Assembly: GCF_001194135.2 (NCBI RefSeq)
Contig: NC_068990.1
Location: 32,792,213-32,836,179 of the forward strand
DNA length: 43,967 nt
DNA from: Octopus bimaculoides
Lineage: Eukaryota
Direction of reading: 5' to 3'
A program made the translations under genes and the position numbers. Below the pieces are notes generated by a model. The model was given only the letters and a program-made list of their open reading frames with translations. It made no database searches and had not been told where the DNA came from. This document shows, in pieces, positions 11,273-23,534 of this stretch (the first letter of the stretch is position 1; each line of letters opens with the position of its first letter).

Positions 11273-11488
11273 AAGGCGAGGAGCTGACAGAATTATTAGC
11301 ATGCTGGGCGAAATGCTTAGTGGCATTTTGTCCATTTATTACATTTTGAGTTCAAATTCTGCTGAGGTCGACTTTGCCTTTTATTCTTTCTGGGTTGATA
11401 AAATAAGAACCAGCCAAGCACTGGGGTCGATGTAATCAACTCACCTGCCTCCCCCAAAATTGCTAACATTGCACCAAAATTTGAAACC
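11273..11488 (+). mobile_element. SINE family B, full length
   Basis: Same head, B box, core and tail as the 1144 copy. Confidence 0.8.
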
Positions 11489-12435
11489 TTACTTATTCTT
11501 TCATATACATAATTCCTCTCTCTAACACACACATATATAAATTTACAGTGCCACATACAAATACATACAGCATCACACATATGCATACATGCACACACAC
11601 CTACACACACACATACAGACAGAGCACTACATATAGATATTTTATGATGAACCTTATTTCCAGTTCCGTTGGTTACAATGACCAAATTGGTTTGGTTATC
11701 ATCTCCAAGACACTTAATTCCATTCACCTCTTCTTTATTTCATAACAACTTCTCTTCACCTCAGTAACTATACATAACGATATTCTATAACATGGATATA
11801 CAATGTCCTTGTATTTCATAGAGAGAAAAAAAAGTGGTGGGAGGGAAGATAAAGGAAAAAAAAAAACCTCACATAAATGAATCAGTAAATGGAAACCTCG
11901 CTGAATGGACTTCCTTTGGTTTCTGCATCAGTGAACACACAGCCTAGCTAAAGAATGAATATGAATCAATAAGTATTGATATTTGTTATGTCAATCTTGC
12001 TAATTTCTCAAGCCTGTGCCATTCAATGGTCCCTATTTATCTCTGTCATAAATAATACCGCTGTGTCTTGATCTCATTTAACTTACCAGAGGTTATAGAT
12101 GGACAGTGCAAACAACTTTTGACTTCCATTAGGAATCAAGGACGATCATTCCTCTCTCAGTGATTCCAATGAATGCTTATACTGTCCGATTAAACCAACA
12201 CTAGATTTGCTTCCGTTTTTGTTTTTTGGTGCGGAAAGGGTTCCTTTATTTTCATTTCAGTTAGTTTAGTTTTTTTTTTTCTTTCACTTCTTCTGAAGCA
12301 AATTTGTGATTTCTTGTCATAAAAGGTATCATGTGCTATTAGAATAGTTACAGGCTTGTGGTGATTCAAAATGAAGCAAAGAAATTGAAAGGCAGTAAAA
12401 TTGTTTCCAGTTTGATAGAGAAGATAAAAGCTATA

Positions 12436-12511
12436 TTCAAGATATTTTGTTGATTGAGGAGACAAGAAGCCTTCAAGATATGTTGTTGATTGAGGAGACA
12501 AGAGACCTTCA
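12436..12511. repeat. 36-bp tandem duplication
   Basis: TTCAAGATAT(T/G)TTGTTGATTGAGGAGACAAGA occurs at 12436 and 12472. Confidence 0.85.
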
Positions 12512-12763
12512 CATGTATTGCTAGTTCATCCCATTGTTGATGGATGTGGCAATGATTAAGGGTCCATTATTGCTTTAATACATCTTTCATAATCATTTTT
12601 CTATGGTCACTGTTGCTTATTGTTGAGGTAGAACTGTGCTGTATTGACACAATGAGGGAGAATACAAGGTGTTGACCTTCTGGCTGAGAGATCAGGGCTT
12701 CATATTTCATCAATCCAGCTACATTGATCCCTTTTTTCAGACAAAAATCCTTACCATTTAAAT

Positions 12764-12970
12764 TCTTTCCTACTCTAGGCACAAGGCCCGAATTTTTTTT
12801 TTTGGGGGGGGGGCAGTCGATTGGATCAACCCAGTACACAACTGGTACTTAATTTATTGACCCCGGAAGTATGAAAGGCAAAGTCGACTCAGCGGAATTT
12901 GAACCCAGAATGTAAAGACAGACAAAATACTGCTAACCATTTCACCCAGCATGTTAACGTTTCTTCCTGC
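12764..12970 (-). mobile_element. SINE family B
   Basis: Reverse-strand B box GGGTTCAAATTCC plus core; it abuts the family A copy head to head. Confidence 0.8.
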
Positions 12971-12971
12971 T

Positions 12972-13599
12972 AGGTGCAGGAGTGGCTGTGTGGTTAGAAG
13001 CTTGCTTACAAACCACATGATTCCGGGTTCAGTCCCACTGCATGGCACCTTGGGCAAGTGTCTTCTACTATAGCCTCAGGCTGACCAAAGCCTTGTAAGT
13101 GGATTTGGTAGACAGAAACTGAAAGAAGCCCNNNNNNNNNNNNNNNNNNNNNNNNNNNNNNNNNNNNNNNNNNNNNNNNNNNNNNNNNNNNNNNNNNNNN
13201 NNNNNNNNNNNNNNNNNNNNNNNNNNNNNNNNNNNNNNNNNNNNNNNNNNNNNNNNNNNNNNNNNNNNNNNNNNNNNNNNNNNNNNNNNNNNNNNNNNNN
13301 NNNNNNNNNNNNNNNNNNNNNNNNNNNNNNNNNNNNNNNNNNNNNNNNNNNNNNNNNNNNNNNNNNNNNNNNNNNNNNNNNNNNNNNNNNNTATATATGT
13401 GTTTGTCCCTCCACCATCACTTGACAACTGATGTTGATGTGTTTACGTCCCCGTCACTTAGTGGTTCAGCAAAAGAGACTGACAGAATAAGTACTAGGCT
13501 TACAAAGAACAAGTCCTGGGGATTGATTTGTTGGACTAAAAGTGGTGCTTCAGCATGGCCGCAGTTAAATGACTGAACCAAGTAAAAGAATAAAAGAAT
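12972..13599 (+). mobile_element. SINE family A, full length (N-gap in its internal microsatellite)
   Basis: Head GCAGGAGTGGCTGTGTGGTTAGAAGC, B box GGGTTCAGTCCC, CORE-like GGCACCTTGGGCAAGTGTCTT, tail GACTGAACCAAGTAAAAGAATAAAAGAAT. Confidence 0.85.
13132..13391. other. assembly gap (others at 13925-14350, 20820-20829, 25529-25687, 42831-42922)
   Basis: Runs of N, mostly next to microsatellites or inside repeats. Confidence 1.
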
Positions 13600-13876
13600 T
13601 ATCACTACTGACATCTCCACCAAATTCACAACCACCACCACCACCACCACTACCACCACTAAAGCCAATCCAACCACCGTCACCACCACCACCACCAGCA
13701 CCATCATCATCATCATCATTATTTTCTCTCAACAGATCAAAGACCACATTTGTATGTTTTTTAAACAAATCTTCATCAAATTAACCTATTTGCATATCAT
13801 GGAATATGTTTATATTCCTTAGTGACCTTAACAAAACTGAAAGTCTTCACCATATTTTTTTTCTGATTATGTAGTT

Positions 13877-14590
13877 TTTGGAAATGTGCTGTGCGTGAGA
13901 AGACCCGGCAAGCCAAGTAAGATCNNNNNNNNNNNNNNNNNNNNNNNNNNNNNNNNNNNNNNNNNNNNNNNNNNNNNNNNNNNNNNNNNNNNNNNNNNNN
14001 NNNNNNNNNNNNNNNNNNNNNNNNNNNNNNNNNNNNNNNNNNNNNNNNNNNNNNNNNNNNNNNNNNNNNNNNNNNNNNNNNNNNNNNNNNNNNNNNNNNN
14101 NNNNNNNNNNNNNNNNNNNNNNNNNNNNNNNNNNNNNNNNNNNNNNNNNNNNNNNNNNNNNNNNNNNNNNNNNNNNNNNNNNNNNNNNNNNNNNNNNNNN
14201 NNNNNNNNNNNNNNNNNNNNNNNNNNNNNNNNNNNNNNNNNNNNNNNNNNNNNNNNNNNNNNNNNNNNNNNNNNNNNNNNNNNNNNNNNNNNNNNNNNNN
14301 NNNNNNNNNNNNNNNNNNNNNNNNNNNNNNNNNNNNNNNNNNNNNNNNNNGGCACATAAAAGACACCATTTTGAGCGTGGCCGTTTTCGTGTGGGTGACA
14401 CGTAAAAGCACCCACTACACTCTCTGAGTGGTTGGCGTTAGGAAGGGCATCCAGCTGTAGAAACTCTGCCAAATTAGATTGGAGCCTGGTGTTGCCATCC
14501 GGTTTCACCAGTCTTCAGTCAAATCGTCCAACCCATGCTAGCATGGAAAGCGGACGTTAAACGATGATGATGATGATGATGATGATGATG
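13877..14590 (+). mobile_element. RTE LINE 3' fragment, same family as 8421-9468
   Basis: Both sides of the N-gap align with 8857-8898 and 9222-9468; (GAT)n tail. Confidence 0.85.
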
Positions 14591-14774
14591 AAATTATAGT
14601 AAAATACTTGTAATTTTTCAGGAAAGGAAACCCATAAAAAGTTAATTCTTTTTAGCTTCAAATTTGTGATTTCAAAAATATTTGCTACCAAAGATGGTTG
14701 TACAATAAATTTGACATCGCAGACCAGTTGTATATATTTAATACTGATCTATTTCCTGATGACTTAAGTTAAAA

Positions 14775-14962
14775 AGTACCCAGTACACTCTGTCATTTGG
14801 TTAGCATTAAGAATGACATCCATCCAAGGAAATAATACCAAAGCAGACAGAGTTTGGCACAGTCATCTGACTCACCAGTTCCTGAAAAGCCTTCTAACCA
14901 ATGCTTTCATGGTAAGCAGACATTAAATGATAATGATGATGACGATGATGATGATAATGATG
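14775..14962 (+). mobile_element. degenerate RTE 3'-tail-derived repeat
   Basis: AAAAGTACCCAGTACACTCTGTCATTTGGTTAGCATTAAG...GACATTAAATGATAATGATGAT. Confidence 0.55.
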
Positions 14963-16769
14963 AGAAGAACAGTGCTCTCATGATCCCTTTTCAGGACCCC
15001 TGAGACTGATGGGTGGAAGAAAGGAAATTTATCTTCAGTTCAGAAACCTAACCTGAATTCTTGCAAAAGAGTTGGTACCCAAAAGTCAATTGGTGGATTT
15101 AAGCTTACAAATGCATTATACCTGCTATCCCAAAATGGTAACAATCTCTCTAATTGGGCTTCTATATAGATTTCTTCAGTAAAATTGCCCAGAATGTTTC
15201 AGTTGACACAAAGAAGACAATTACCCAAAGCATCTCATAATGGTATCAAATTCATAACCATGCAGATGCAAAATAAACCTGTTAATCACACAACCTTGAA
15301 TGTGACAAACTATATCATGGGTGGATATAAATTAAATATAACTATATTTTAGCTTCGATATATTTGTGGCATGTATACAATGTAAAATGATTCTAAACTC
15401 CTCACAATCTGATTTGTGAATCAAGTTCAATTTGTAGTTGAGATATTTCACTTCATATTTGTGATTTTTGGTTGTAGTCAACATCTTTAAGAAGGAAGGG
15501 GATTCTACTGATCTCAAATTTAGCTTGTTTATGGAGATGAAGTCCTAAAGAATCATTCAGAACACAATATATTGAGAGTGGCCAGACAACCAATTGACCT
15601 ATCTTTTGATTCAGTATACAAAGACTAAATCTTCTGGGATACATTATCAGAGAACATAATCTTATATCTGCAGTAAATATATTTATATTTGAAATGATGT
15701 CTTCTTATTCTTTCCATCATGTTACTTGAACTCTTGCTGTATTACAATACAACTTCATTTCATTCTCCATAAACCACTTACTTACCCTTCCTCTTTTGCA
15801 GCTATGATAAACTACCACTTACCTTCCTCTGCTAGTTCTATGATAAAACACCATTAAATCTGTCATAAACCACCACTTCTAATTTTTTTCATCACTCTAG
15901 ATCTGCTGTTGTAATACCTGTTTTTGACTACAATCGAATTCAATGTTTAAATACCTCAAGTCACATCTAGTTATCTCACACTTGATTTGTCTAACCTTAT
16001 TTCTTCCTTAAATAATCATCAGTCACCACTTATAAATCTGTTGTTATGTCTAACTTCATCACATCAAGTACTCTTTTATTATGTCTAGTCTCAACTCTCC
16101 AAGTATTCTTATATTATGTCTAAATTAATCGCACCAAGTTCTTTTTATCTTAGATAATCCTACCCTGTCACAAAATTAACCACGATTCATTATTCCCCTA
16201 AAATTATTTCTAGCGAATTTCCCCCTTAGTTGCAATCTAATTTATCAACCACATTTCTAGTTGTTCAGCTTCTATCACTTTCCATTCTGCATTCTAGATT
16301 AAATTACATCACTTTAAAGTTTACTTGCCTTATCACCCTATCTTCTAAGCTTTCCATTAACAACAAACTTCCTTATAGTATAAATCATAACAAATTCGCT
16401 TCATTTAATTTCTTTGTCCCGGAATCCAAACAAGAGAATAAGTTAAATTGATTCTTTGATAATTATCAAATGAGAAGAAAGATACTCGACATAGAATTAG
16501 CTTGTCAACTGGATCGTTGAATGGATCAAAGATAGAAATGATCCTTGATGCATTGATCAAAGAGAGAATTGAGCAAATGATAAATTAAAGTGGAAATAAT
16601 TTCCTGTTAATTAGGAAGCTGGAATATGGCTTAAGTTTTGAATTCAACTTAGAATTTTGCGAAATAAAGCATGAACATAAAATATAAAATAAATTGTAAA
16701 ATATGTAAAATTTAGATTGCTTTCATACCAGGATTGTGAAAAGTTGTCACCAGACTCATAATCAGCCAT

Positions 16770-17010
16770 GATGCATGACATAACCATGTATGATATTTAT
16801 TACCAAGTATTAAATCACCATGTGGTGACACTTATCATGCGCGACATTCATCACTATCTGTGATATTTATCAAAAAATGTGACATCTACTTGTGTAACAT
16901 TGAACACTATGTGTAATATTACCATGTGTGACATTTAGCATCATGTGCGACATTTAACACGATGTGCGATGTTCATCACTGCATGTTACTTTAATAATCA
17001 AGTGACATTG
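16770..17010. repeat. degenerate 16-19-bp minisatellite
   Basis: About a dozen variants of (ATC)ACCATGTGTGACATTT, for example ACCATGTGTGACATTT and CATCATGTGCGACATTT. Confidence 0.6.
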
Positions 17011-17572
17011 AAATGGGTGATGTCCTTTCTTCATCAAAAGTATAAAGAATTAATTTCTTCTATTATCACAAATAAATTCATTAATGAAACTCAAATTATT
17101 AATTTGCAATACAATTATTTCTCTTTTTCATTGTATGAAAGAGAGACATAAAGAGTGAATTAAGTGAAAGACATAGTGTATGGGAGATTGAGAGATGTAA
17201 TATGTGAGGAGAGGAAGAGGTGAATGGTGACAAGATGAGTTAGCAAGAAATAGTTTGGAGGAGAAGGGAATTGGAAGCATACGAGGGTGATCAATGTAAA
17301 ATGTGAGTGGAGAAGCACAATGTTATAAATGAAGGATGAATGTTAAGGGAAGTGATCCTGGGTTGTGGAGGAGATAACTGACAGCACAGAAAAGAATGAT
17401 GAAATATGTAATTCTGCTTTCGCTTAATTACAGCAGCAGAATATTGCAGTAATTAGGTGATGGAAGGATTAATGGTACAGAGATGAGGAGGTGGTGGAGA
17501 AGGCATGACAAGAACAAACTGGGCAAGGGACCAACTCGTGCGTATATACACTATACTTCCAAAACTCTACAT

Positions 17573-18250
17573 TTATTGTGATGAGTGGATCTTCTCAAGC
17601 ACTGCATATCATCAATCATCTTTGGACTTTATTATCTCCTCCATGAGGTTCAAAATCCTGATATCAGCATTCACTACTTACTCTGTCACATGTCTTCCTG
17701 TAACTTTCCCTTCCACAAACCATGTTATGAACTGACATTTCTTTATACAACTGTCCTCATCCATATGCATCACATATCCATACTAACACTGTCTACTCTC
17801 TTGTACACTACATCTGATTCTTCTTAAGTTCAGTTTTACTCTCAGCATATTTGTGCATTGTTGTTAATGTACATGAAGGTTGCACATCCAACTGAGCAAG
17901 TTAGAGCCACATTTTTCTGATTTTCACAATCTAAAAGTGAAACATTTGTTACTAAAAGAGATCAATAATCTCTGAACTTTCTCCAGCCTATTATTATTCT
18001 AGCCACTCTAGTTTCAGAGCATCCTCCTCCATTGCTAAGTGGTTCACCTTAGGAACAGATGCCATCAGTTTGCTCTAAGAGTCCTGATGGGCATTTAAGA
18101 AAATTTATTTAATGTTTATTGCTTCTGTGTACCTTCCACATGCAAAGACTACTTTCTCTGTTAATCTGCTTGTGATACCCTAGCATTTTTTGGGTCTCTG
18201 TAGTTTAGATTAGATACATCATATAGAATTTCTACCAACTTCTTTTTTAC
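17573..18250 (-). mobile_element. old RTE LINE fragment (ORF C-terminal region)
   Basis: The minus strand gives GGGCSETRVARIIIGWRKFRDY*SLLVTN and aligns in nucleotides with 8570-8898. Confidence 0.75.
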
Positions 18251-18799
18251 ATATTGAGAAAGGCCATTTCCATCATAAAAGTAGTTGCACAAACTGTCAT
18301 ATATTGTTGTATAAAGTAAATTTATTTTTATTTTTCTTGAGTGAAATATGAAGAAAGACACTGAGTCACTGAGTGAGAATTGCCAATTGACTAAACTAGA
18401 CATGTGAGGGTGTACCTCATTGATAAGATAAGGCCCCAAAATATATTGATAATAACTCTTGTATTTCAATATGGAGACATTAGTTCAGGAATTAGCACAA
18501 AGCTTATGTTTAGTTTTCTTAAAATATCCTTTACACCTGTTTCAGTGTTTGCTTGAACTTGAGAGTGCACTCACCCTCTGTCTCCTTACTCTGCCTTTTC
18601 AACACCCAAAATTGTAGGCTCTGTCCCTTAGATCTGATTGGTTTTGTGCCACCTCCACCCACGATCACACCACTTGACTCTCCATCCCTTCCTCTCATCA
18701 GTGATATCATTCTCCCCACTCCGATAGATCCCATCCATGCTAACTAGGATGCCTAGTCCTTGATCACCACAATGTTAGCTCTAACTATGGGGGACTTGA

Positions 18800-18942
18800 G
18801 CTGACATCTTCTTAACATCAAGCATCTAGACTAAACACTGAGAACTTCAACTAATGTTTTGTTAAACAGCAAACATATATACTAATCACTGAAGACTTCA
18901 ACTGACATCTTTAAACATCAAACATGTAGACTAACCACTGAG
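18800..18942. repeat. about 51-bp tandem repeat, roughly 2.8 copies
   Basis: ACTGACATCTT..AACATCAA.CAT.TAGACTAA.CACTGA..ACTTCA units start at 18800, 18850 and 18901. Confidence 0.75.
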
Positions 18943-19503
18943 TTTATTATTCATTTTAAATAACTCAACATTTTTCTTTTTGTTGAGAAAGCATCAATGA
19001 TGTCTTAAGAAATCTTGTTTGTTTTGAACAGTTAATCTCTGAAAGTGATTAAAATTTATTCAAAAACAAACAAAATACATTTTATAACAAAAATCTCAAT
19101 CTTGTCAGAATTAAATTTTAACGATCGGATTATTTAACCTCATTTGATGTTGATTTCTCCTTATTTTTTCTTTGCTATGATATTAATTGCTGGAAGTTCG
19201 TAAATCCTGAGAATATAGTGAAGAAGTTGAACGAAACTGGAGAAATATTTGTCTATGAGAGAGGAGTTGATAGTTTTGTGTATTTTAGATAAATAAATTA
19301 TATAAAAGTGGTGTATGATTAGCTTATTAGAATGGATGGTTTAAGCATGTTCAAGAAGAACACTAACTAGATAGTTATAAGTTCAAGTTAGAGTAAAGAC
19401 TGTTCATAAGAATTGTTCTATGACAGGAAATTGCAGCTAGAGAATGTATAGTGAAGATATACATACATATGTAAATACATACGCACATACATCCATCCAT
19501 GTG

Positions 19504-19539
<36 letters not shown>

Positions 19540-19578
19540 TACACACACACACACACACACATACACACACACACACAT

Positions 19579-19758
19579 ATTCTTTCATTCTTTTATTCTT
19601 TTACTTGTTTCAGTCATTTGACTGCAGCCATGCTGGAGCACTGCCATTAGTAGAACAAATCAACCCTATGACTTATTGTTTGTAAGCCGAGTACTTATTC
19701 TATCAGTCTCTTTTACTGAAGTGCTAAGCTACAGGGACGTAAACACACCAACATTGGT
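19579..19758 (-). mobile_element. SINE family A, 3' half
   Basis: TTCTTTTACTTGTTTCAGTCATTTGACTGCAGCCATGCTGGAGCAC...GGGACGTAAACACACCAACAT. Confidence 0.8.
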
Positions 19759-19784
19759 TTTATTTTCATATATTTTATGGTTTT

Positions 19785-20426
19785 GCTGGTCCCTCTATTG
19801 GATCCTTCCCTCATGTGTGCTCTACATTTAGCGACATTTCGTAGGGGCATTTCTTAGCCCCATTCTTTGCAGAGTCACTAACTGCAAGTGCACTGTCATC
19901 CATGCAAATGCACTTCTCTTCAACAATATCAATATTTTCCCTGACACACTGTCTTGCAAACTGAAACACTTCAAGCCATTGGTCCTCACGCCACAGAACA
20001 TTGGCAAACTTCTTCCTTTTTGCTTCTTCCCTGGCTAATTATACCTGCCTTCTAGCTTCCCTTCAAGCTACCTGACTTAGTTCCTTGCTACCACCACCAT
20101 CTCAGTTCCCCCAGACCCGTTTCGTTGCTTGAATGAGCCTCTCAACAATACTGTTCCACCATCATGTCACCCTAGGTCTGGTTAGAACTTTGTACCAGCC
20201 ACAAATTTTGTCTGTGGTGCTCAGTAAATTGTCTTGTAGGAACTTCCAGTTAAACTCTAAGTTACGTGTCTGTAACTCCTCCTTTTCATTAAATGCTTCA
20301 GTTACAACTTCTCTAAATCTCTGACTATTCAAAGGATCCATAAGCTTCTATATCCTTCTTTTCCCAATTACTTTTTGTAATCCTTCTTGCCTGTAGTCTG
20401 AAGTTGCTAATGGCTAACCTATGCTT
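19785..20426 (-). mobile_element. old RTE LINE fragment (endonuclease-RT linker)
   Basis: The minus strand reads KHRLAISNFRLQARR, then ATDKICGWYKVLTRPRVT*WWNSIVE...EARRQV*LAREEAKRKKFANVLWREDQ...PIEGPA. It is homologous to 41811-41950. Confidence 0.75.
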
Positions 20427-20740
20427 ATATATATTTCTGCTGTGTATATTCGACATCACTTCACTTCATATCTTAAACTAGCCAGATGTAAATAAATTAA
20501 CTCAGTTTGCTCTGAACCACACTTGCTGAAGGGCCCTGAATGAAGGTACACAAGATTATGCTGGGTTGCATGTACAACTGCAGATACTCTGTGCAGCAGA
20601 AACACATGTTGGTCATTGTAACCAAATAGGTATGCTGTGTAACCAACTGTAAAATTAAAAAGGAAAAAATATCTAATTGTTGAGTATGATTCACTTGTCA
20701 ATAACTTGATTAACTATACAGCTATACAAGTGACTAGGCA

Positions 20741-20775
<35 letters not shown>

Positions 20776-21105
20776 CTTGTGTGTGTGTGTGTGTGTGTGT
20801 ATATACACACATATATATANNNNNNNNNNATATATATATATATATATATACATATATGTATATATATACATGGTGCTCTGCCTCCAATACAAAGCATTTT
20901 GTCTAATTATTCTTTCTCTGAACTACTTTGCCCACGTTTTAAATTCAAGGTATCAGGTATTGGATCTTAGAGACTGGATATCAACAATACTCAGTTTCTA
21001 GGGTCTAATAGTATATGACAATGAAAGTAATTTAAAAAAAAAATTTAGATATTTATGGTTAACAGATACAAAACCTATAGATATAAATTCTAAGTTCAGT
21101 ATTGC

Positions 21106-21190
21106 CTTTGGTGATGTGATCAGATATCTGTGGGATATACTTGAGAAACTGGGGCTCTGAGAACACAAGCAGCTGATGAAAATTTTCCAA
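21106..21190 (+). mobile_element. possible LINE RT remnant
   Basis: AFGDVIRYLWDILEKLGL*EHKQLMKIF resembles the RT motif KAFD.V.R..LW.IL.K.G.P. Confidence 0.35.
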
Positions 21191-21389
21191 ATTCAATCTA
21201 TTGATAATACTATTAAAATATGCAAAGCTTTACAAATTCATTGTTGTCTAAACACCAAAAAGTTTTGCCTGTTAGGAACCAGCTTTTGTTAATTTGATTT
21301 ATCTTAATTAAATTAAGAGACACACTTGAAATATAGACACATACAGAAATATATATGCACATACTACTAATGCACATACATAGAAACAG

Positions 21390-21442
21390 GTGACTATGAC
21401 ATACTTCAGTCAGCAGTTTCCCAGAGGATTCAGAAGAAGAAA
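21390..21442 (+). CDS. candidate host-gene exon (xDYDILQSAVSQRIQKKK)
   Basis: TACTAAT branch-like motif, AG at 21388-89 and a strong donor AAA|GTAAGT at 21443. Two frames are open. Confidence 0.3.
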
Positions 21443-22346
21443 GTAAGTAATTTAGTAGATTGCAAGCCATTCATCTAGAAATCTAGAAAGTGCCTGAAAC
21501 ATGGCTGTCCAATAATTACATATAATTGATTGATAGGTCAGTCAAAGAGAGATTAGTAATTCCATCTCAAGATTACCGACTGTCAGTTCCAAGATGTAGC
21601 AGTCCAAAAACAACCATGTGAGAACTTAATACCATAAGTTCTTCCATGCCATAAATTTCACAAGAACAGAGTTTCTTAAGAAAAGAAAACTTTTTTCCCA
21701 CAGAGGGAAACTATTCTTTGATTTAAATTGTTCTTTAATTCTGTTATTGCTACCGTTGTTGTTGTATCTGTTTAACCCCAGGATTGCTGCAGACTTATGA
21801 TTAAAGGTATTTCAAACAGGACCATACTGTCTTTGTAAGGAGTATCTATTATTGATCAGGGGTTCCCAACACAGGGCCTGAGGTAATTGTAGTGAGGAGT
21901 GGGATCCAAAATTATTTTCTCTGTTTTTTTTACTTTTTAGGTGGACATGGAATTGTCAAAATCTGCTTTCCAGTTTTTCACAGTAACATACTACACCTAT
22001 ACTTAGCCAAGCTAAGTCAATCCTTCCAACCAAGCATACCATCTGAAGACTGTTTGCTACAGTATAATGCTATTCTAATGCTCTAGTATGGATATTTCTT
22101 TAAGGAAAGTATATAATAATGTAATATCAAAATTAAAGTTGCTTTTATTCCAACCAGAGTTGGTCAGATGTACAGATTGGGAAACATTGATGTAGACGTA
22201 ATCTAATGCTCCCTTTCTTTTTTCAGAACTGTAGGGGGTGATTCCAGGGAAATTTTTCTGCTAGTTATAGAGATTAGTTTATTGTTGTTATTGATGGGGC
22301 TAATGTTGTTGCAGTCACTATCATGAGCTATCAGCCTGTTCTGTTA

Positions 22347-22403
22347 GAATAGATATTTGGAACGGAGGCAGACAACTGGAAATACGATTGATTCCCATCA
22401 CAG
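22347..22403 (+). CDS. candidate host-gene exon (NRYLERRQTTGNTIDSHH-R)
   Basis: Acceptor CCTGTTCTGTTAG, donor CAG|GTAGTA, phase 0>2, compatible with both neighbouring candidates. Confidence 0.3.
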
Positions 22404-22838
22404 GTAGTAATCTTTAATGCCAAGTTACTGTCCTTTAGTACGAGACTTCACCATATAGTCTTCTTTTGTGCTGCAGTGTTCTATTTGGCCTATAAGTGGC
22501 CATATAAGATTTTTCTTCTCACTGCCTCATTGGGTTAATGTTTCATTGTTACTGAGTTCCTTGAAACAAGAGAATTATGGTACAGAACTACCACATTTAA
22601 TGATGTATTTGATCAGTGCTTCAACTCATTATAGCACTATACAAATTACAGAATAATTGAATGGAATGCCATCTGCATCATAATTAGATTACATAAGTGA
22701 AAGCATATTTAATGATTTAAACAAGAACTGTTGAATTAACTGGCAGTTGGTGTCTTGTAGAAATTTAATTTGTCAATATTTTTCCCTACTCCATACCAAC
22801 AAATGTGTAACTTAATATGTATACTTAGTGATTTACAG

Positions 22839-22906
22839 GCTAATATTCCATCAGCTTGCAGAGAAGCTATATTTCACTGATGAGTTTTCAAATAAAGAAA
22901 ACAAAG
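22839..22906 (+). CDS. candidate host-gene exon (R-LIFHQLAEKLYFTDEFSNKENK), R3H-like
   Basis: Acceptor GATTTACAG, strong donor AAAG|GTAAGG, and only one frame (phase 2>1) is open. Confidence 0.4.
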
Positions 22907-23363
22907 GTAAGGAACATCATGAGTTGTCATCCATTTTTGCTGATAAAAGAAATACTAACCAGTCTCTTCATGCAAAACTCTTCAGTTTGCAGGCTGCAAA
23001 TGTTCTAGTGAACTACAATCCCTTCCCGAGTAGAGTAAATAATTACTTCTGTCTCACCCATCTGGATGTCATATGTGAATATGTAACATTCATATATTTT
23101 GTTAATAATACAAGTAACATAAGGACAATGGAATGTCAAAAATAGGGAAGTATCTGACTAAACACTTCAGGCAATTTAGTTTTATCTCTCTGCATTCAAA
23201 GTGCAAACCCTACAGAAGTCATTACCATCATTTTCCTGAGTTCAATAAAATAAGAATAAAAAGTGGTTAAGTTTTATTGGAGAAATCAACTAGATTGTAA
23301 GATTCTGTCACATTTTACTACACCTCTTACTAACATTTCTAGTAATTCTTTTTTCACTGACAG

Positions 23364-23534
23364 ATATACAAAATGGTTTGTTACATTCATATGCACAAGG
23401 AATAGGACACTGTGATAATCATGTCCTTATGTCAAATATTAAAAAGCAAAAAGCAATGTTTGGAGCCAGAAATAGAAATAGACCCAATTTTGGAGTCATC
23501 TGTCCTAAATGTCAATATATTGGAGTTATGGAGG
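23364..23534 (+). CDS. candidate host-gene exon (DIQNGLLHSYAQGIG...CPKCQYIGVME)
   Basis: Strong acceptor TTCTTTTTTCACTGACAG. The phase-1 frame is open to TAA at 23552. The donor (G|GTGGTA) is weak and the 3' end is uncertain. Confidence 0.25.

Noticed and set aside
13417-13784. Pro-, Val- or Gly-rich ORFs
   Set aside because: (ACC)n/(CAT)n repeats overlapping a SINE tail.
15770-15850. Two perfect minus-strand GTAAGT donors and a 15-nt microexon
   Set aside because: They arise from a roughly 37-bp tandem duplication, and the spacing is too short for an intron.
21857-22189. hAT-like MITE (CAGGGGTTCCCAAC ... ATTGGGAAACATTG)
   Set aside because: The TIRs differ at several positions and the flanking 8-mers (TTATTGAT, ATGTAGAC) do not match.
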